From positions 1 through 64,000 of the IMG/VR virus record IMGVR_UViG_3300005937_000008: 64,000 nt of DNA. One strand, 5' to 3'. The position numbers and the translations under genes are program-made. This document shows, piece after piece, positions 1-9,503 of this stretch. The stretch comes from a virus (lineage: Duplodnaviria; Caudoviricetes). The first letter of the stretch is position 1. Each line of letters opens with the position of its first letter. A model generated the notes under the pieces. It was not told the DNA's origin. It did no database searches and saw nothing but the letters and a program-made list of their open reading frames with translations.

Positions 1-534
1 GCTGATGGTGTCCGGAGCCGCGTCCTTGATCGTCTTGTAGTCGACGACGATCGGGCCACGCAGCCAGTCCGGCCTCACGCGGCAGCGGACGCCGGTCACC
101 GGGTCGGTCCAGTAGATCGACCGTTCTGCGATGCCCGTGCCCGGTGTGAACAGTGGGCCGGCGATGGGGTGCTGGCGGATCGCCTCGGCCATCTCCAGGA
201 CCATGTCGTGGTCTTTGGTCAGGAGCGGCACCTTGCCTGCGGCGTAGGCCTCGTCGCGCTGGATCTGCGCGTCCTTCTTCCGCCAGTCCGGGAAGTCGAT
301 GACCTCCAACTCCGGGCCCTCCCCCAGTACGTGGAGGTGCGCGGCGTGCCCGAGGTCGAACTCCTTCTTCGGCGCCTGCGGGTGGTCGCGGTCGTACTTG
401 AACTGGGCGGGGCAGCCCGGGTTGAGCAGGGCCCGCAGGCCGGACGAGGAGATCGACGTGCGGTCCGCGTGGTACTCCTCGGCCGACAGATCGTCGCGCC
501 ACGTCGGCGCCTCCACCTCCACGGCGGCGGTCAC
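1..534 (-). CDS. RecE/exonuclease VIII-like PD-(D/E)XK nuclease (3' end outside window)
   Basis: Manual translation from GTG at 534: EEYHADRTSISSSGLRALL...FDLGHAAHLHVL...ERSIYWTDPVTGVRCRVRPDWL..IVVDYKT; GTGA overlap with upstream stop. Confidence 0.8.
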   Translation of the reverse strand, partial: MTAAVEVEAPTWRDDLSAEEYHADRTSISSSGLRALLNPGCPAQFKYDRDHPQAPKKEFDLGHAAHLHVLGEGPELEVIDFPDWRKKDAQIQRDEAYAAGKVPLLTKDHDMVLEMAEAIRQHPIAGPLFTPGTGIAERSIYWTDPVTGVRCRVRPDWLRGPIVVDYKTIKDAAPDTIS

Positions 535-878
535 GCGACACCGTCCACGACGGTGGCGCGCTCGCAGGCTTCGCAGAGTCCGTCTTCGGTGAACGGTCCG
601 TCCTCGTCGCCGCACTGGCAGCGGAGCGGGGCGACGGTGACGCCGATCCCCTGCTGCAGCTGCCGGATGCCGTCCTCGCGGCTGGCGGCGTGGTTCATGG
701 CGTCGACGAGCTCGGGGTAGGCGGCGCGGAGGCGGGCCCGGTGGACGATGTCGGCGGCGTCGATGGCGGCCATGAGTTTCTGGGTGAAGCTGCCGGGCTG
801 GTAGCCGCCCTCGGCGCCGTAGTGCCACAGCACGTGACGGGCGGTCTCAGCGGCGAAGGTGGGGCTGCTGGTGCTCAT
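531..878 (-). CDS. Hypothetical early protein (115 aa)
   Basis: ORF track; translationally coupled to RecE-like gene. Confidence 0.6.
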   Translation of the reverse strand: MSTSSPTFAAETARHVLWHYGAEGGYQPGSFTQKLMAAIDAADIVHRARLRAAYPELVDAMNHAASREDGIRQLQQGIGVTVAPLRCQCGDEDGPFTEDGLCEACERATVVDGVA

Positions 879-1082
879 GTGGTCTCCAAGAAGGTGTGCT
901 GGGTGAGGGCGGCCCGCCCGGCGGGGAGGGGGGCGGGCCGCCCTGGGGGTGGCCGCGGAGTTGGGGCTCGCGGCCAGCTATGTGGCTGTGGGGTGGGTCT
1001 CCGCGCCCGCGGCGGGGGGCGTAGCGGGCACGGAGACCCTGGCTGCGGCACACCAGCAGGGGAATGCGCGCCGCAGCCGGTC

Positions 1083-2081
1083 TCAGGCCGAGGCTGCGGC
1101 GGCCTTCTCGGCGAGCTTCTGCTTGTGCGCCTCGTAGTCGTCGTGCCACTTCTGCGGGTTGTGGCCGGCCTGCTCGGCTTCGCCCCACGCCCACTCGCCG
1201 ATCTCGCCGGACTCGAGCTGCTCGCCGAGGTCGCGGACGGTCGTCTCAGCGAGGTCCGGGTCGGCCTTCTTCAGGGCATGCAGGAGCCGGTACGCGGACC
1301 AGGCGTAGATGCCGGAGTGGACCCAGGCGTTGAAGGCTCCGCGGCCTCGATCAGAGTCCATGTCGATGCCGAACATCTCGGAGGTGGACCGCAGGGTCTG
1401 CCGGAGCATCTCCTCGGCCATCTCGGCGACGGCGCCCGGGGCGGGGGGTGCGGTGATCTGTTCGGGCTTGCCGCCCTTGCGGAGCGTGCGGGACCAGGTG
1501 TCGAGCACGGTCACTCGGTCCTTGTCGTCGCCGCTGTAGCGGCAGGGCATCTGCATGCCGATGAAGTCGTCGCCGACGAAGAGGAGAGGCTTCTCGGGGT
1601 GGGCCTGCCACGTGCGGAGGTGGGTGTCTGCCTTCTCCCATCGGGCGAGCATCTTGGTGTCGACGCTGACCATGTCGCCGGACGTGGCCGCGTCGGTCAG
1701 CGCGTCGCGGAAGAGACCCTGCCACTTGGGGAAGGTGTGGTCCTTGGCGGGGACGGTGAGCTTGCCCTCGTCGTCGGTGATGGTCAGCGCGTCCGTGCCG
1801 GCCGTCAGGTCGAGGATCGTGTCGCCCTCGTGGTTCTCCAGCCAGGGCACGAGCCAGGCGAGGGTCTGCGCGCTGACGGTGAAGGACCAGGTGTCGGTCT
1901 CCTCGCGGACCTTGGTGCGGGCGACGGCGAAGGTGTAGCGGTCGGTGCCGAGGGCGTGGATGTGGACGCCGTCGCACTCGAAGCGGATGCCGTTGATCGC
2001 GGGCAGGGTGTCGTCGTCGCTGATGTGGGGGCGGGTCTGCTTGATGAGCCGCTGCAGCTTGTGGGCGTTGATCGTGGTCAC
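1083..2081 (-). CDS. DNA polymerase III beta-clamp (DnaN)-like domain protein with unrelated C-terminal region
   Basis: N-terminal LPAINGIRFECDGVHIHALGTDRYTFAV resembles the clamp signature (..LTGV.L....L...ATDRYRLA). Confidence 0.6.
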   Translation of the reverse strand: MTTINAHKLQRLIKQTRPHISDDDTLPAINGIRFECDGVHIHALGTDRYTFAVARTKVREETDTWSFTVSAQTLAWLVPWLENHEGDTILDLTAGTDALTITDDEGKLTVPAKDHTFPKWQGLFRDALTDAATSGDMVSVDTKMLARWEKADTHLRTWQAHPEKPLLFVGDDFIGMQMPCRYSGDDKDRVTVLDTWSRTLRKGGKPEQITAPPAPGAVAEMAEEMLRQTLRSTSEMFGIDMDSDRGRGAFNAWVHSGIYAWSAYRLLHALKKADPDLAETTVRDLGEQLESGEIGEWAWGEAEQAGHNPQKWHDDYEAHKQKLAEKAAAASA

Positions 2082-2190
2082 GAAGGTCTCCGTGGGATGC
2101 TGGTGTCGGATCCCCGGGCGTCGGAAGCGTCCGGGGCTTCTTGCTTGTGCGCCGGCCTGGCGGGCTCGGTGTCTCCGCCGGGCCGGCGGG

Positions 2191-2580
2191 TCAGGTGGCG
2201 GCCGCGCGCTTCGTCCCGGCGATGAACTCCGGAATGGGCTGCGTCTTGGTGACGACGGCCTCGGTCATGGACCGGAGCTCCAGGCGGCGGGCCATCTCGG
2301 TGAGCTGGCCGTTCATGGCGCGGATCTCCTTGCCGTGCCGGTCTTCCATGCGGGCGACAGCGGCGGCGTATTCGTCGCGCTCGGACTGCAGCTGGGCGAT
2401 GAGGATGGCGTCCTGGCAGCCGCGCAGCAGTGCGGTGTGGAGGTCGCGTTCCCGTTCCTCGACCCCGGCGACGAGCTGCGCGTTGTGCCGGTCCAACTCG
2501 CGGTTCTCGCGGCGCAGTCGGGCGTTGACGACGCCTGGCTTGTGCCGGCCGCGGGCGAGGAAAGGGAGGGCGATGCTCAC
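2191..2580 (-). CDS. Coiled-coil hypothetical protein (129 aa)
   Basis: GTG start overlapping upstream stop; heptad-like helical sequence. Confidence 0.55.
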   Translation of the reverse strand: MSIALPFLARGRHKPGVVNARLRRENRELDRHNAQLVAGVEERERDLHTALLRGCQDAILIAQLQSERDEYAAAVARMEDRHGKEIRAMNGQLTEMARRLELRSMTEAVVTKTQPIPEFIAGTKRAAAT

Positions 2581-2933
2581 TTCGCCTCCCGCAGGCTGGC
2601 CGCGGCGTCGCGGAGCAGGCGGGCGGCTTCGCGTTTGCCGTGGCCGCGGGCGTCGTTCCAGGTGACGATCGCCGCTTCGGGAATGCGGGCGAGGAGTGCG
2701 TCTTCGGCCCGCCATACGAGGAGGGACTTGCCGGTATAGATGGGCTGGCCGTGGGCGGCGATGTTGAGGGCGCCGATCACGTCGACCCGGCAGTCGGCGG
2801 GCCGGGTGCCGTTGGCGGCCTGCTTGTGGTCGTACAGATCGCGCTTGCAGTGCCCGTTCTTGTCGATGACGCCAGCGGCCTTGTCAAGGAGGTCGGCGAC
2901 CTCGGCGGTGGTGGGCTCGGTGAGGGTGCTCAC
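2577..2933 (-). CDS. Actinophage hypothetical protein, DUF6197-like (118 aa)
   Basis: DLLDKAAGVIDKNGHCK...VDVIGALNIAA...IVTWNDARG pattern; GTGA coupling. Confidence 0.5.
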   Translation of the reverse strand: MSTLTEPTTAEVADLLDKAAGVIDKNGHCKRDLYDHKQAANGTRPADCRVDVIGALNIAAHGQPIYTGKSLLVWRAEDALLARIPEAAIVTWNDARGHGKREAARLLRDAAASLREAK

Positions 2934-4583
2934 TGCTTCTCCTCCTCGGGCTGGGCGGAGTTGTCCGGCCGGGTACGGAAGGTGCGGTAGATGGCCACGG
3001 CGAACCCGATGCAGAGGGCGAAGGGGAAGGCGGCCAGGGCGACGGTGCTCACTGCTGCTCCTTGCTGGGGTTCGGGTAGCCGATGGCGTCGAGGAGCTCA
3101 AGGACCCCGTCACGGACCGCCGGGTCCCTGGCGATGAGCCGGCCTGCGAGACGCGGCATCAGCTCGTCCAGCGGGTGCGGGTGTTCGGCGGCAATCCGGT
3201 CGGCGATATGCACGGCCGCTGCCCGGCGGACTTGCGGGGTGACGTCGCCGACGGTGAGCGCGTCATGCTTCAGCTCGGCACCCATCACGACCCCTTCCTC
3301 GGATGCTGGTTGTTGCGGGCGCAGGCGGCTCGGGCCCTGCGGGCGTCGGCTTCGATGACGGCGAGCAGGAATAGCGAGATGGTCACGGCGGACAGCAGGT
3401 CGGCGATCACGAGGCGGCCTCCTTGCGGCTGATGCGGTCGCAGAAGTCCTCAAACGACTCGGTGAAGCCGCCCACAAGGGAGGCCATGAAGTCGTCGTCA
3501 TCCGGGGCGTGTTCGCGGCCGAGCCAGTCCGAGATGCCGCGGATGATGACGACGGCCCCGGTTTCGGCTGCGGCCCCCAGGACGGAGTCGAGGGATTCGG
3601 CGGCCATCACGCGGTCACCGCCTCGTCGAAGCGGGCGGCGTCGGTACGCAGCCAGTACTCGCGCCAGGTACCCGGCGCCCACGACGAGTCATCGGCCCCG
3701 AACTCCTCGTGCGCTTCCTGGTCGACGCGGACGAGGGCGTCCTCGGTGATGTCGGCGAGAGCACGCATCACGCCACCTCCGGGAGCCCGCGCAGTCGCTG
3801 CTGCCGCTGCACGAACGCCTGCAGTTCGGCGACCGCTTCGGCGAGTTCGTTGAGCGTCTCCGGCGTGGACCGGCTCACGCTGATCGCCACGGACTGCCCG
3901 GCCTCGCCGATGATCAGCTGGGCGCACGGTTTGCCGTCGACGCTGCGGAAATGCTTGGTGCGGATCGGGCCGTCATTCAGGTCGAAGTTGATCCCGCCAT
4001 AGCTTTCGGCACGGGTCATGACGCCTCCCCTCGCAGGACGGCCATGAGGAAGTCGTCGAGGACGATCGGGGCGACGTCCGGGCGGGTGGAGTCGTGCAGT
4101 TCGAGGTGGCCGCCGGATGCGGCGGCAGTGCGGATGGCGTCACTGTCCGGGGCGGACATGTCGATGCGGGTGGTCTCGCTCACTTCGCCTCCTCAGGCGT
4201 GGTGTTGTTCGGGGTGGTGGGGGCGAGCAGGTTCCGCAGCCGGTCGGCGGACTCCTCGGCGCGCTGCTCGTCCTGCCGTGCGATCAGGTCGCGGATCTGC
4301 TGCTCCAGGCGGGCGGCAGGAACATCCAGGCGGGACATGTCGACGGTCACCGGGGCTCACCCGCCTCGATGCGGTCCTGGCAGTCGGGACAGAGACCGGT
4401 GATCTGCCACTCCGCCCGGTAGCGGGCGGCCTCGGCCTCGTCCCAGAACACGCGGGCCGAACCGTCGGCAGTGACGAGCGGCAGCCCGCAGCCAATCGGA
4501 GGCTTCAGGCAGCGCTCCTCACGCACCGCATCCGCAGGCAGATCACCGCCAGACAGAGCAGACAGGAAGTCGGGGATGGTCAT
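2930..4583 (-). other. Run of ten small translationally coupled early ORFs (40-83 aa)
   Basis: ORFs 2930-3052, 3049-3285, 3285-3410, 3407-3607, 3607-3768, 3768-4019, 4016-4183, 4180-4350, 4347-4583 and neighbours, joined by GTGA/ATGA/TGATG overlaps with upstream AGGAG/GGAGG-like RBS. Confidence 0.6.
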
Positions 4584-5149
4584 GCGGTCACGACCTCTCG
4601 CTTGCCGCCGATCGGCGTCTTCTGGAACTTGCGGTGCCACCGGTACTTCGGGTTCGGCGCCTTGTTCTCGGTCCACTCGATCGGGCCGTGGCACTTCCGC
4701 AGTGGGTTGTGGTACCAGGACCGCTGCATGGCCAGGTCGCCGCACTCCGGGCAGGCGATCACCGGGCCCATCGGGGAATGGCGCTGGCGGTCCATGCGCT
4801 CCATGTCGTCTAGGCGCCGAAACTCAAGGTCACCTGCGATGACCTCGGTCCCGTCCAGCCCGATGTCGGAGTAGTCGTCGGACCAGTAGGCGAGCGCGTC
4901 ATCCTCGTTCTCGGCGTCCACCCACATCACCCGCGTGATGGTCTCGACGACGACGATCGGGTAACGGCGCTCGTCCAGGCCCCACGATCGGGCGCCCTTC
5001 GTTCGATCCAGCAGCGCCTCGACGCACGGATCGGGCTCGGCCAGCTCGGGCCGCGGCCACGACGCGTTCAGGTAGCGGTGCGAACCAGCATGCTTCAGGT
5101 CCTTGTCGCACTCACGCCAGTCGCCGGGCTTCGGCTCACCGCACTTCAC
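4580..5149 (-). CDS. Hypothetical protein with Cys/His metal-binding motifs (189 aa)
   Basis: C-x10-C-x5-H-x3-H at N-terminus and CPEC...C-H near C-terminus. Confidence 0.55.
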   Translation of the reverse strand: MKCGEPKPGDWRECDKDLKHAGSHRYLNASWPRPELAEPDPCVEALLDRTKGARSWGLDERRYPIVVVETITRVMWVDAENEDDALAYWSDDYSDIGLDGTEVIAGDLEFRRLDDMERMDRQRHSPMGPVIACPECGDLAMQRSWYHNPLRKCHGPIEWTENKAPNPKYRWHRKFQKTPIGGKREVVTA

Positions 5150-5412
5150 GATGCGTCACCGCCCATCGCGGCGCGGGTTTCACGGTCGGCCATGGTCGCC
5201 GCCCAGAACGTGTAAAACAGGACGTCCAGGGCTTCCTCGCGCTCCGACAGCGGCAGCGTCTCGAAGGCGACACGGCCGATCTCCTCGACCTCAAACCCCT
5301 CCGGATGCGCGGCCCGCAGCATCTCCTCCGCCTCGTTCCACATCGCCTGCCACGGCGACACGAAGGTGACCGACGACGTGATCCGGTCGAACTCCGTCAG
5401 CTCGAAGCTCAC
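5146..5412 (-). CDS. Hypothetical protein (88 aa)
   Basis: ORF track; coupled starts/stops. Confidence 0.55.
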   Translation of the reverse strand: MSFELTEFDRITSSVTFVSPWQAMWNEAEEMLRAAHPEGFEVEEIGRVAFETLPLSEREEALDVLFYTFWAATMADRETRAAMGGDAS

Positions 5413-6245
5413 GACGCCTCCCCGAGTGCCTGCTGTGCCGGGTAGCGGTCGGCGTAGAACTCGCCCCAGACCTTGTCGAACATCCTCCGGTCTGCCTCCG
5501 TGTACGACTTCACCTGCCGCTCACGGCCATCCACCAGGCCGATCGAGTCCTTCGGCTTCTCGCCGTGCTGCATCTGGTAGGCCAGCGACACGCGCCGGCC
5601 GAACGATGAGCGCACCGAACGGAGCTCGGCCGTCGACAGGCCACGGTCCTTCAGGTACGTCTCCACCAGAAGCGCGCGGTCCTCGGCGGGAATCTCGGCG
5701 ATCTCGCCGGCCGCCTCCGCGTAGTGGTGCAGTTGCCGGGACCGCTTCCACTTCGGGTCGACCGAGTCGTCCATCGCCGCGATCAGCTGGACCAGGCCCA
5801 GCGCGCGGCGGATACGGCGCTCCTCGATCTTCTGCTGCAGCGCGTCCAACTGCTCGTCAGTGGCTGCCGGGTTGATGGCGCCACCCTTGGTCCAGTACGC
5901 CTCGATCGCATCTGCGGTCTCGTTCTGGAAGGCGACAAGGGTCGGGCGGAGTTCCTCAACGACGCGGTTCTCGTTGACGTTGGCCAGCAGCATGAGGAAG
6001 CTGCGAACCGTCGTCGCGGTCATCACGTAGGACTTGCCGTCGGCGCCAGTCGTGACCGTCTCGGTCACGACTCCCCACGAGCGGGTCTTGAGCTTCCGAA
6101 GCTGCGGCGAGTAGGCAAGACCGAGGTCTTCGATCGCCGGCTTCAAGATGATGTGCGGCTGGCCATCGACCAGGGTGGTGTGGACGGAGCCGGCGGACAG
6201 GTCGAGTTTTACGACCTCACGCGACTCGGGTGACAATGGAGACAA
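5409..6245 (-). CDS. Phage antirepressor, P22 Ant N-terminal-like domain
   Basis: DGQPHIILKPAIEDLGLAYSPQLRKLK...GADGKSYVM...FLMLLANVNENRV...LVAFQNETADAIEAYWTKG matches the P22_AR_N pattern. Confidence 0.75.
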   Translation of the reverse strand: MSPLSPESREVVKLDLSAGSVHTTLVDGQPHIILKPAIEDLGLAYSPQLRKLKTRSWGVVTETVTTGADGKSYVMTATTVRSFLMLLANVNENRVVEELRPTLVAFQNETADAIEAYWTKGGAINPAATDEQLDALQQKIEERRIRRALGLVQLIAAMDDSVDPKWKRSRQLHHYAEAAGEIAEIPAEDRALLVETYLKDRGLSTAELRSVRSSFGRRVSLAYQMQHGEKPKDSIGLVDGRERQVKSYTEADRRMFDKVWGEFYADRYPAQQALGEAS

Positions 6246-6335
6246 CGGGGTCCCCTCTCTTCTCGGTGGTGGTGAAGGTGGATCTCGGGTGAGGTCGTCC
6301 GCTGCGTCGGGTTGCGGGCGGCCTCTTTGCTGCCG

Positions 6336-6674
6336 TCAGGCGGCGGCGCGGGCCGGGCGGGAGATGCGCGGCTCCGGGGGGCGGGAGTTGTGCTCACGCT
6401 CGGCCTCGTCGCCTTCGAGGGCTTCGAACTCGGCCTTCAGGTAGGCGTCGATTTCGGCTATGGCGTAGATGAGCCGGCCGCGGTAGCGGCGGGCCTTGGG
6501 CCCCTTGCCGTGGTGCTTGTAGTTCCAGAGCGTGCTGCGGCTGAGGCTGAGGCGGCGGGCTGCCTCGTCGCTCCAGACGTAGCCTTCGGGCGGATCGGGC
6601 TGGGTGCCGTCCTTCGAGGGCCTGGGCATGTGTTTTTCCTCCGGTGGGGGTTGCTGTGGGGGACGGTTCGTCAT
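6336..6674 (-). CDS. Excisionase/AlpA-like HTH protein
   Basis: SDEAARRLSLSRSTLWNYKHHGKGPK..RYRGRLIY wHTH; position directly after cro-like gene. Confidence 0.7.
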   Translation of the reverse strand: MTNRPPQQPPPEEKHMPRPSKDGTQPDPPEGYVWSDEAARRLSLSRSTLWNYKHHGKGPKARRYRGRLIYAIAEIDAYLKAEFEALEGDEAEREHNSRPPEPRISRPARAAA

Positions 6675-6958
6675 TGGGGCATTGACGCGGGGGGGTCGAA
6701 AAGGACCAGGACTCTGACGCCGAGGGCCTCCACGACGCGGTGCGCTTCGTTGACATCGAGCCAGTCGAGTTCTCCGCGCACGATGCGCTCGATCTTGGAC
6801 TTGCTCACCTGGGCTGCGAGGGCGAGTTCCCGGATGCTGTAGGACTGGCCGCGGCCTGGGTGTTCCATGATCTTCAGGAAGAGTTCGAGGTCCCTCAGGA
6901 CGTAGCGCACACTCAATGGATTTCCCCCGATTTGCGAGGTGCCTTTCGATGCGCCCAA
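6671..6958 (-). CDS. Cro-like XRE HTH regulator (true start may be downstream)
   Basis: YSIRELALAAQVSKSKIERIVRGE; divergent from repressor-like gene. Confidence 0.7.
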   Translation of the reverse strand: MGASKGTSQIGGNPLSVRYVLRDLELFLKIMEHPGRGQSYSIRELALAAQVSKSKIERIVRGELDWLDVNEAHRVVEALGVRVLVLFDPPASMPQ

Positions 6959-7162
6959 CTTAACTACACCGTGGACGATCCGTCAATGACTCAATGACGA
7001 CCGAATGACCGGTATCGGCCAAGCCTTCGGCCGGTTAGCATCGATCTGTAGACGGTTCGTCTCAAACTCAGGATGGTTGTACGGAGTGACCTGCTAGTTT
7101 TCCGGCGCACGCACTTACTAGATAAGACAGTCGGTGACAGAGTGACGCGAGAGGACGACGAC

Positions 7163-7597
7163 ATGACGGCAGCGGCCACAGCTCCGGACCCCGGCGCGGC
7201 CGAGGCCAGTGCGCTTGGCGCGCTCTCCCAGCTCATCCAGGACGCCAACGACCGCGGACTCTCCTACCAGGAGATGGCCGATCGCGCCGTCGATGCAGGA
7301 ACAGGGGTCCGCTACTACAAGCAGTCCCTGCAGAAGCTGGTCAAGAACCCTCCCGTCAACCCGCCTAACGTGCCCCAGATGAAGGCCCTCGCCAACGCCC
7401 TCGGCAAACCCCTGCGCATCATCAAGGCCGCCGCCGCCCAGCAATGGCTGATGTTCGAGGCGACCGAACTCGCCGGCTACGACGAGGACACGCGGATCAT
7501 CGTGGCGCATCTCGCCGGGCAGTCCCCCGCGGACAAGCGCCGGTGGCGGCGCATGATCGAGGCCGAAGAGCAGGCCCGGCGTGAGGTGGACGAGTAG
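7163..7597 (+). CDS. Immunity repressor-like HTH protein (144 aa)
   Basis: GLSYQEMADRA...SLQKLVK...QMKALANALG; divergent from cro-like gene and upstream of integrase; ATG 7163 preceded by GAGGA. Confidence 0.65.
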   Translation: MTAAATAPDPGAAEASALGALSQLIQDANDRGLSYQEMADRAVDAGTGVRYYKQSLQKLVKNPPVNPPNVPQMKALANALGKPLRIIKAAAAQQWLMFEATELAGYDEDTRIIVAHLAGQSPADKRRWRRMIEAEEQARREVDE

Positions 7598-7701
7598 CAG
7601 GACAGCTACCGAACTTCTGTCAACTGACCGCGAATGTCCGTAAGTAGACTTTTCTGCAACTGATTGTCGACGACTCTCGGTAGACGTACTCTGCACCAAC
7701 C

Positions 7702-8190
7702 GTGCACAACTGGCCATTTGGCTTCAAGTGCACCGTTGCTTGGGGAGGACACGTGCTGCAGGTCACCTACGAGGCCACTACCCTTCCGTCCGGGATGCTG
7801 GCCGACATAGGCGAAGAACGGGGAAGAGTCCAAATCCGCGTCCATGAGCCCGCCCCCCTCGAAGACGTCGTGCGGCAACTCAACATCCAGGTAGACCGGT
7901 TCCTGTCCAGGTCGGAGTGGTATCAGCTCTGGCGCGACGAGATCGTCAGCCGTGAGACCCCCGGCTGCTCGCTGCGCGTCGTGTACCGCATCGACCGCCG
8001 GGCCCCTGCGGTCGGGATCGGTGAGAAGCGGGGCCTCGTCACCGTGTACATCCCGCCGTGGACCAGCGTCAAAGAGTTCGCCGCCGCCATGAACCCGACC
8101 GCCCGGGAGTTCCTTGCCGGAGGGCACTGGTTCCAGCACTACGCCGGGGAGATCATCGACATCAGTCCGGAGGAATTCACCGGAGTCTGA
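7702..8190 (+). CDS. Immunity-region protein with internal domain duplication (start probably GTG near 7753)
   Basis: Two similar halves: LQVTYE..IGEERGRVQI..WYQLWRDEIV and LRVVYR..IGEKRGLVTV..WFQHYAGEII. Confidence 0.6.
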   Translation: MHNWPFGFKCTVAWGGHVLQVTYEATTLPSGMLADIGEERGRVQIRVHEPAPLEDVVRQLNIQVDRFLSRSEWYQLWRDEIVSRETPGCSLRVVYRIDRRAPAVGIGEKRGLVTVYIPPWTSVKEFAAAMNPTAREFLAGGHWFQHYAGEIIDISPEEFTGV

Positions 8191-8205
8191 GCAAGGGGGT
8201 CCGCC

Positions 8206-9498
8206 GTGGCGGGATACGTCGAAGATCGCTGGTACAACAAGGACGCCGAAGGCAAGTACACGATCCCCACCGCACGGCACGGCACGGGCAAGCGCTACAA
8301 GGTCACCGGAATTCCAGGCGTCAAGGCCCGCTCGTTCACCAAGCTCACCGGCGCCGACGGCGCCAAAGCGTGGCTCGCCAAGGCCCAGCACGAGAGCGCC
8401 AAGGGCGAGTTCATCGACCCCCGCGCCGGCACCATCCTGATCCGCGCCTACGTCGAGGAGGAGTGGTGGCCCGACCAGGACTACGGCGACCCGGCAACCG
8501 AGGCCACCGTCAAGGGCCGCATCTGGAACCACATCCTGCCCCACCTCGGCTCACTTCCCCTCAACGCGGTCAAGACCCCGCAGCTGCGCGCCTGGCTCAA
8601 GACGATCAACGCCCAGCTCGGCGACGGCACCGTCAACGAGGTGTGGGGATATCTGTCCGCCATCCTGCAGGCTGCGGTCGACGACGAGCGGATCACCAAG
8701 AACTACTGCCGCTCCCAGACATCCGTCCGCCCGCCCAGCCGGCCCGAACGCAAAGCGCGGGCGTGGCAGAAGGCACGGATCCTCGCCGTGCAGGAAGCCC
8801 TGCCGGAGCGGTTCCAGGTCATGGTGGATCTCGGGGTGGGCGCCGGCCTGCGCCAGGGTGAGGTGTTCGGTCTGGCCGTCGAGGACATCGACGAGTCGGA
8901 GGGCGTCATCCACGTCCGGCGTCAGGTCAAGAAGGTCGGGGCCAAGCTCATCTTCGCGCTGCCGAAGGGGAAGAAGACCCGCACCGTTCCGGTGCCGCCG
9001 CATCTTCTCGCCGTGCTCCGCGGGCACCTGCAGCGGTTCCCCGCGAAGAAGGTGACGCTGCCGTGGGCGAATCCGGCACCTCCTGAGACGGAGCGGGAGG
9101 AGAAGGAGAGGGCGCCGCGGACCTTCGAGCTGGTCGTGACCGCAGCACGGGGCGGGGCCGTGCGGCGGGACAGTTGGGACACGCGCGCCTGGAAGCCTGC
9201 CCTCGCTGCGGCCGGCCTGATCCCGGAGCCGGAGCGGACGAAGCAGCCGATCAAGCACCGCCCGGGCTGTTTCCGCACGGTGGTGAAGTATGCCGAGAGC
9301 CGCGAGCACGGGTACCACGCGCTGCGGCACACGTTCGCCTCGGTGCTGCTGGACGCGCGCGAGCCGATCGTGGCAGTCTCAAGATGGCTGGGGCACGCGG
9401 ATCCGTCGATCACACTCCGGATCTACGCCCACATGATGCCTGAGGCCGACGGCCGCGGCAGGACGGCGATGCAGGCCTGGTTCGAGACGAATTCCTAA
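8206..9498 (+). CDS. int: Tyrosine integrase (430 aa)
   Basis: GLRQGE (R), HALRH (HxxR), LGH and IYAH (Y) catalytic residues; N-terminal arm-binding and SAM-like region; att-like site immediately downstream. Confidence 0.95.
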   Translation: MAGYVEDRWYNKDAEGKYTIPTARHGTGKRYKVTGIPGVKARSFTKLTGADGAKAWLAKAQHESAKGEFIDPRAGTILIRAYVEEEWWPDQDYGDPATEATVKGRIWNHILPHLGSLPLNAVKTPQLRAWLKTINAQLGDGTVNEVWGYLSAILQAAVDDERITKNYCRSQTSVRPPSRPERKARAWQKARILAVQEALPERFQVMVDLGVGAGLRQGEVFGLAVEDIDESEGVIHVRRQVKKVGAKLIFALPKGKKTRTVPVPPHLLAVLRGHLQRFPAKKVTLPWANPAPPETEREEKERAPRTFELVVTAARGGAVRRDSWDTRAWKPALAAAGLIPEPERTKQPIKHRPGCFRTVVKYAESREHGYHALRHTFASVLLDAREPIVAVSRWLGHADPSITLRIYAHMMPEADGRGRTAMQAWFETNS

Positions 9499-9503
9499 AA
9501 GAT

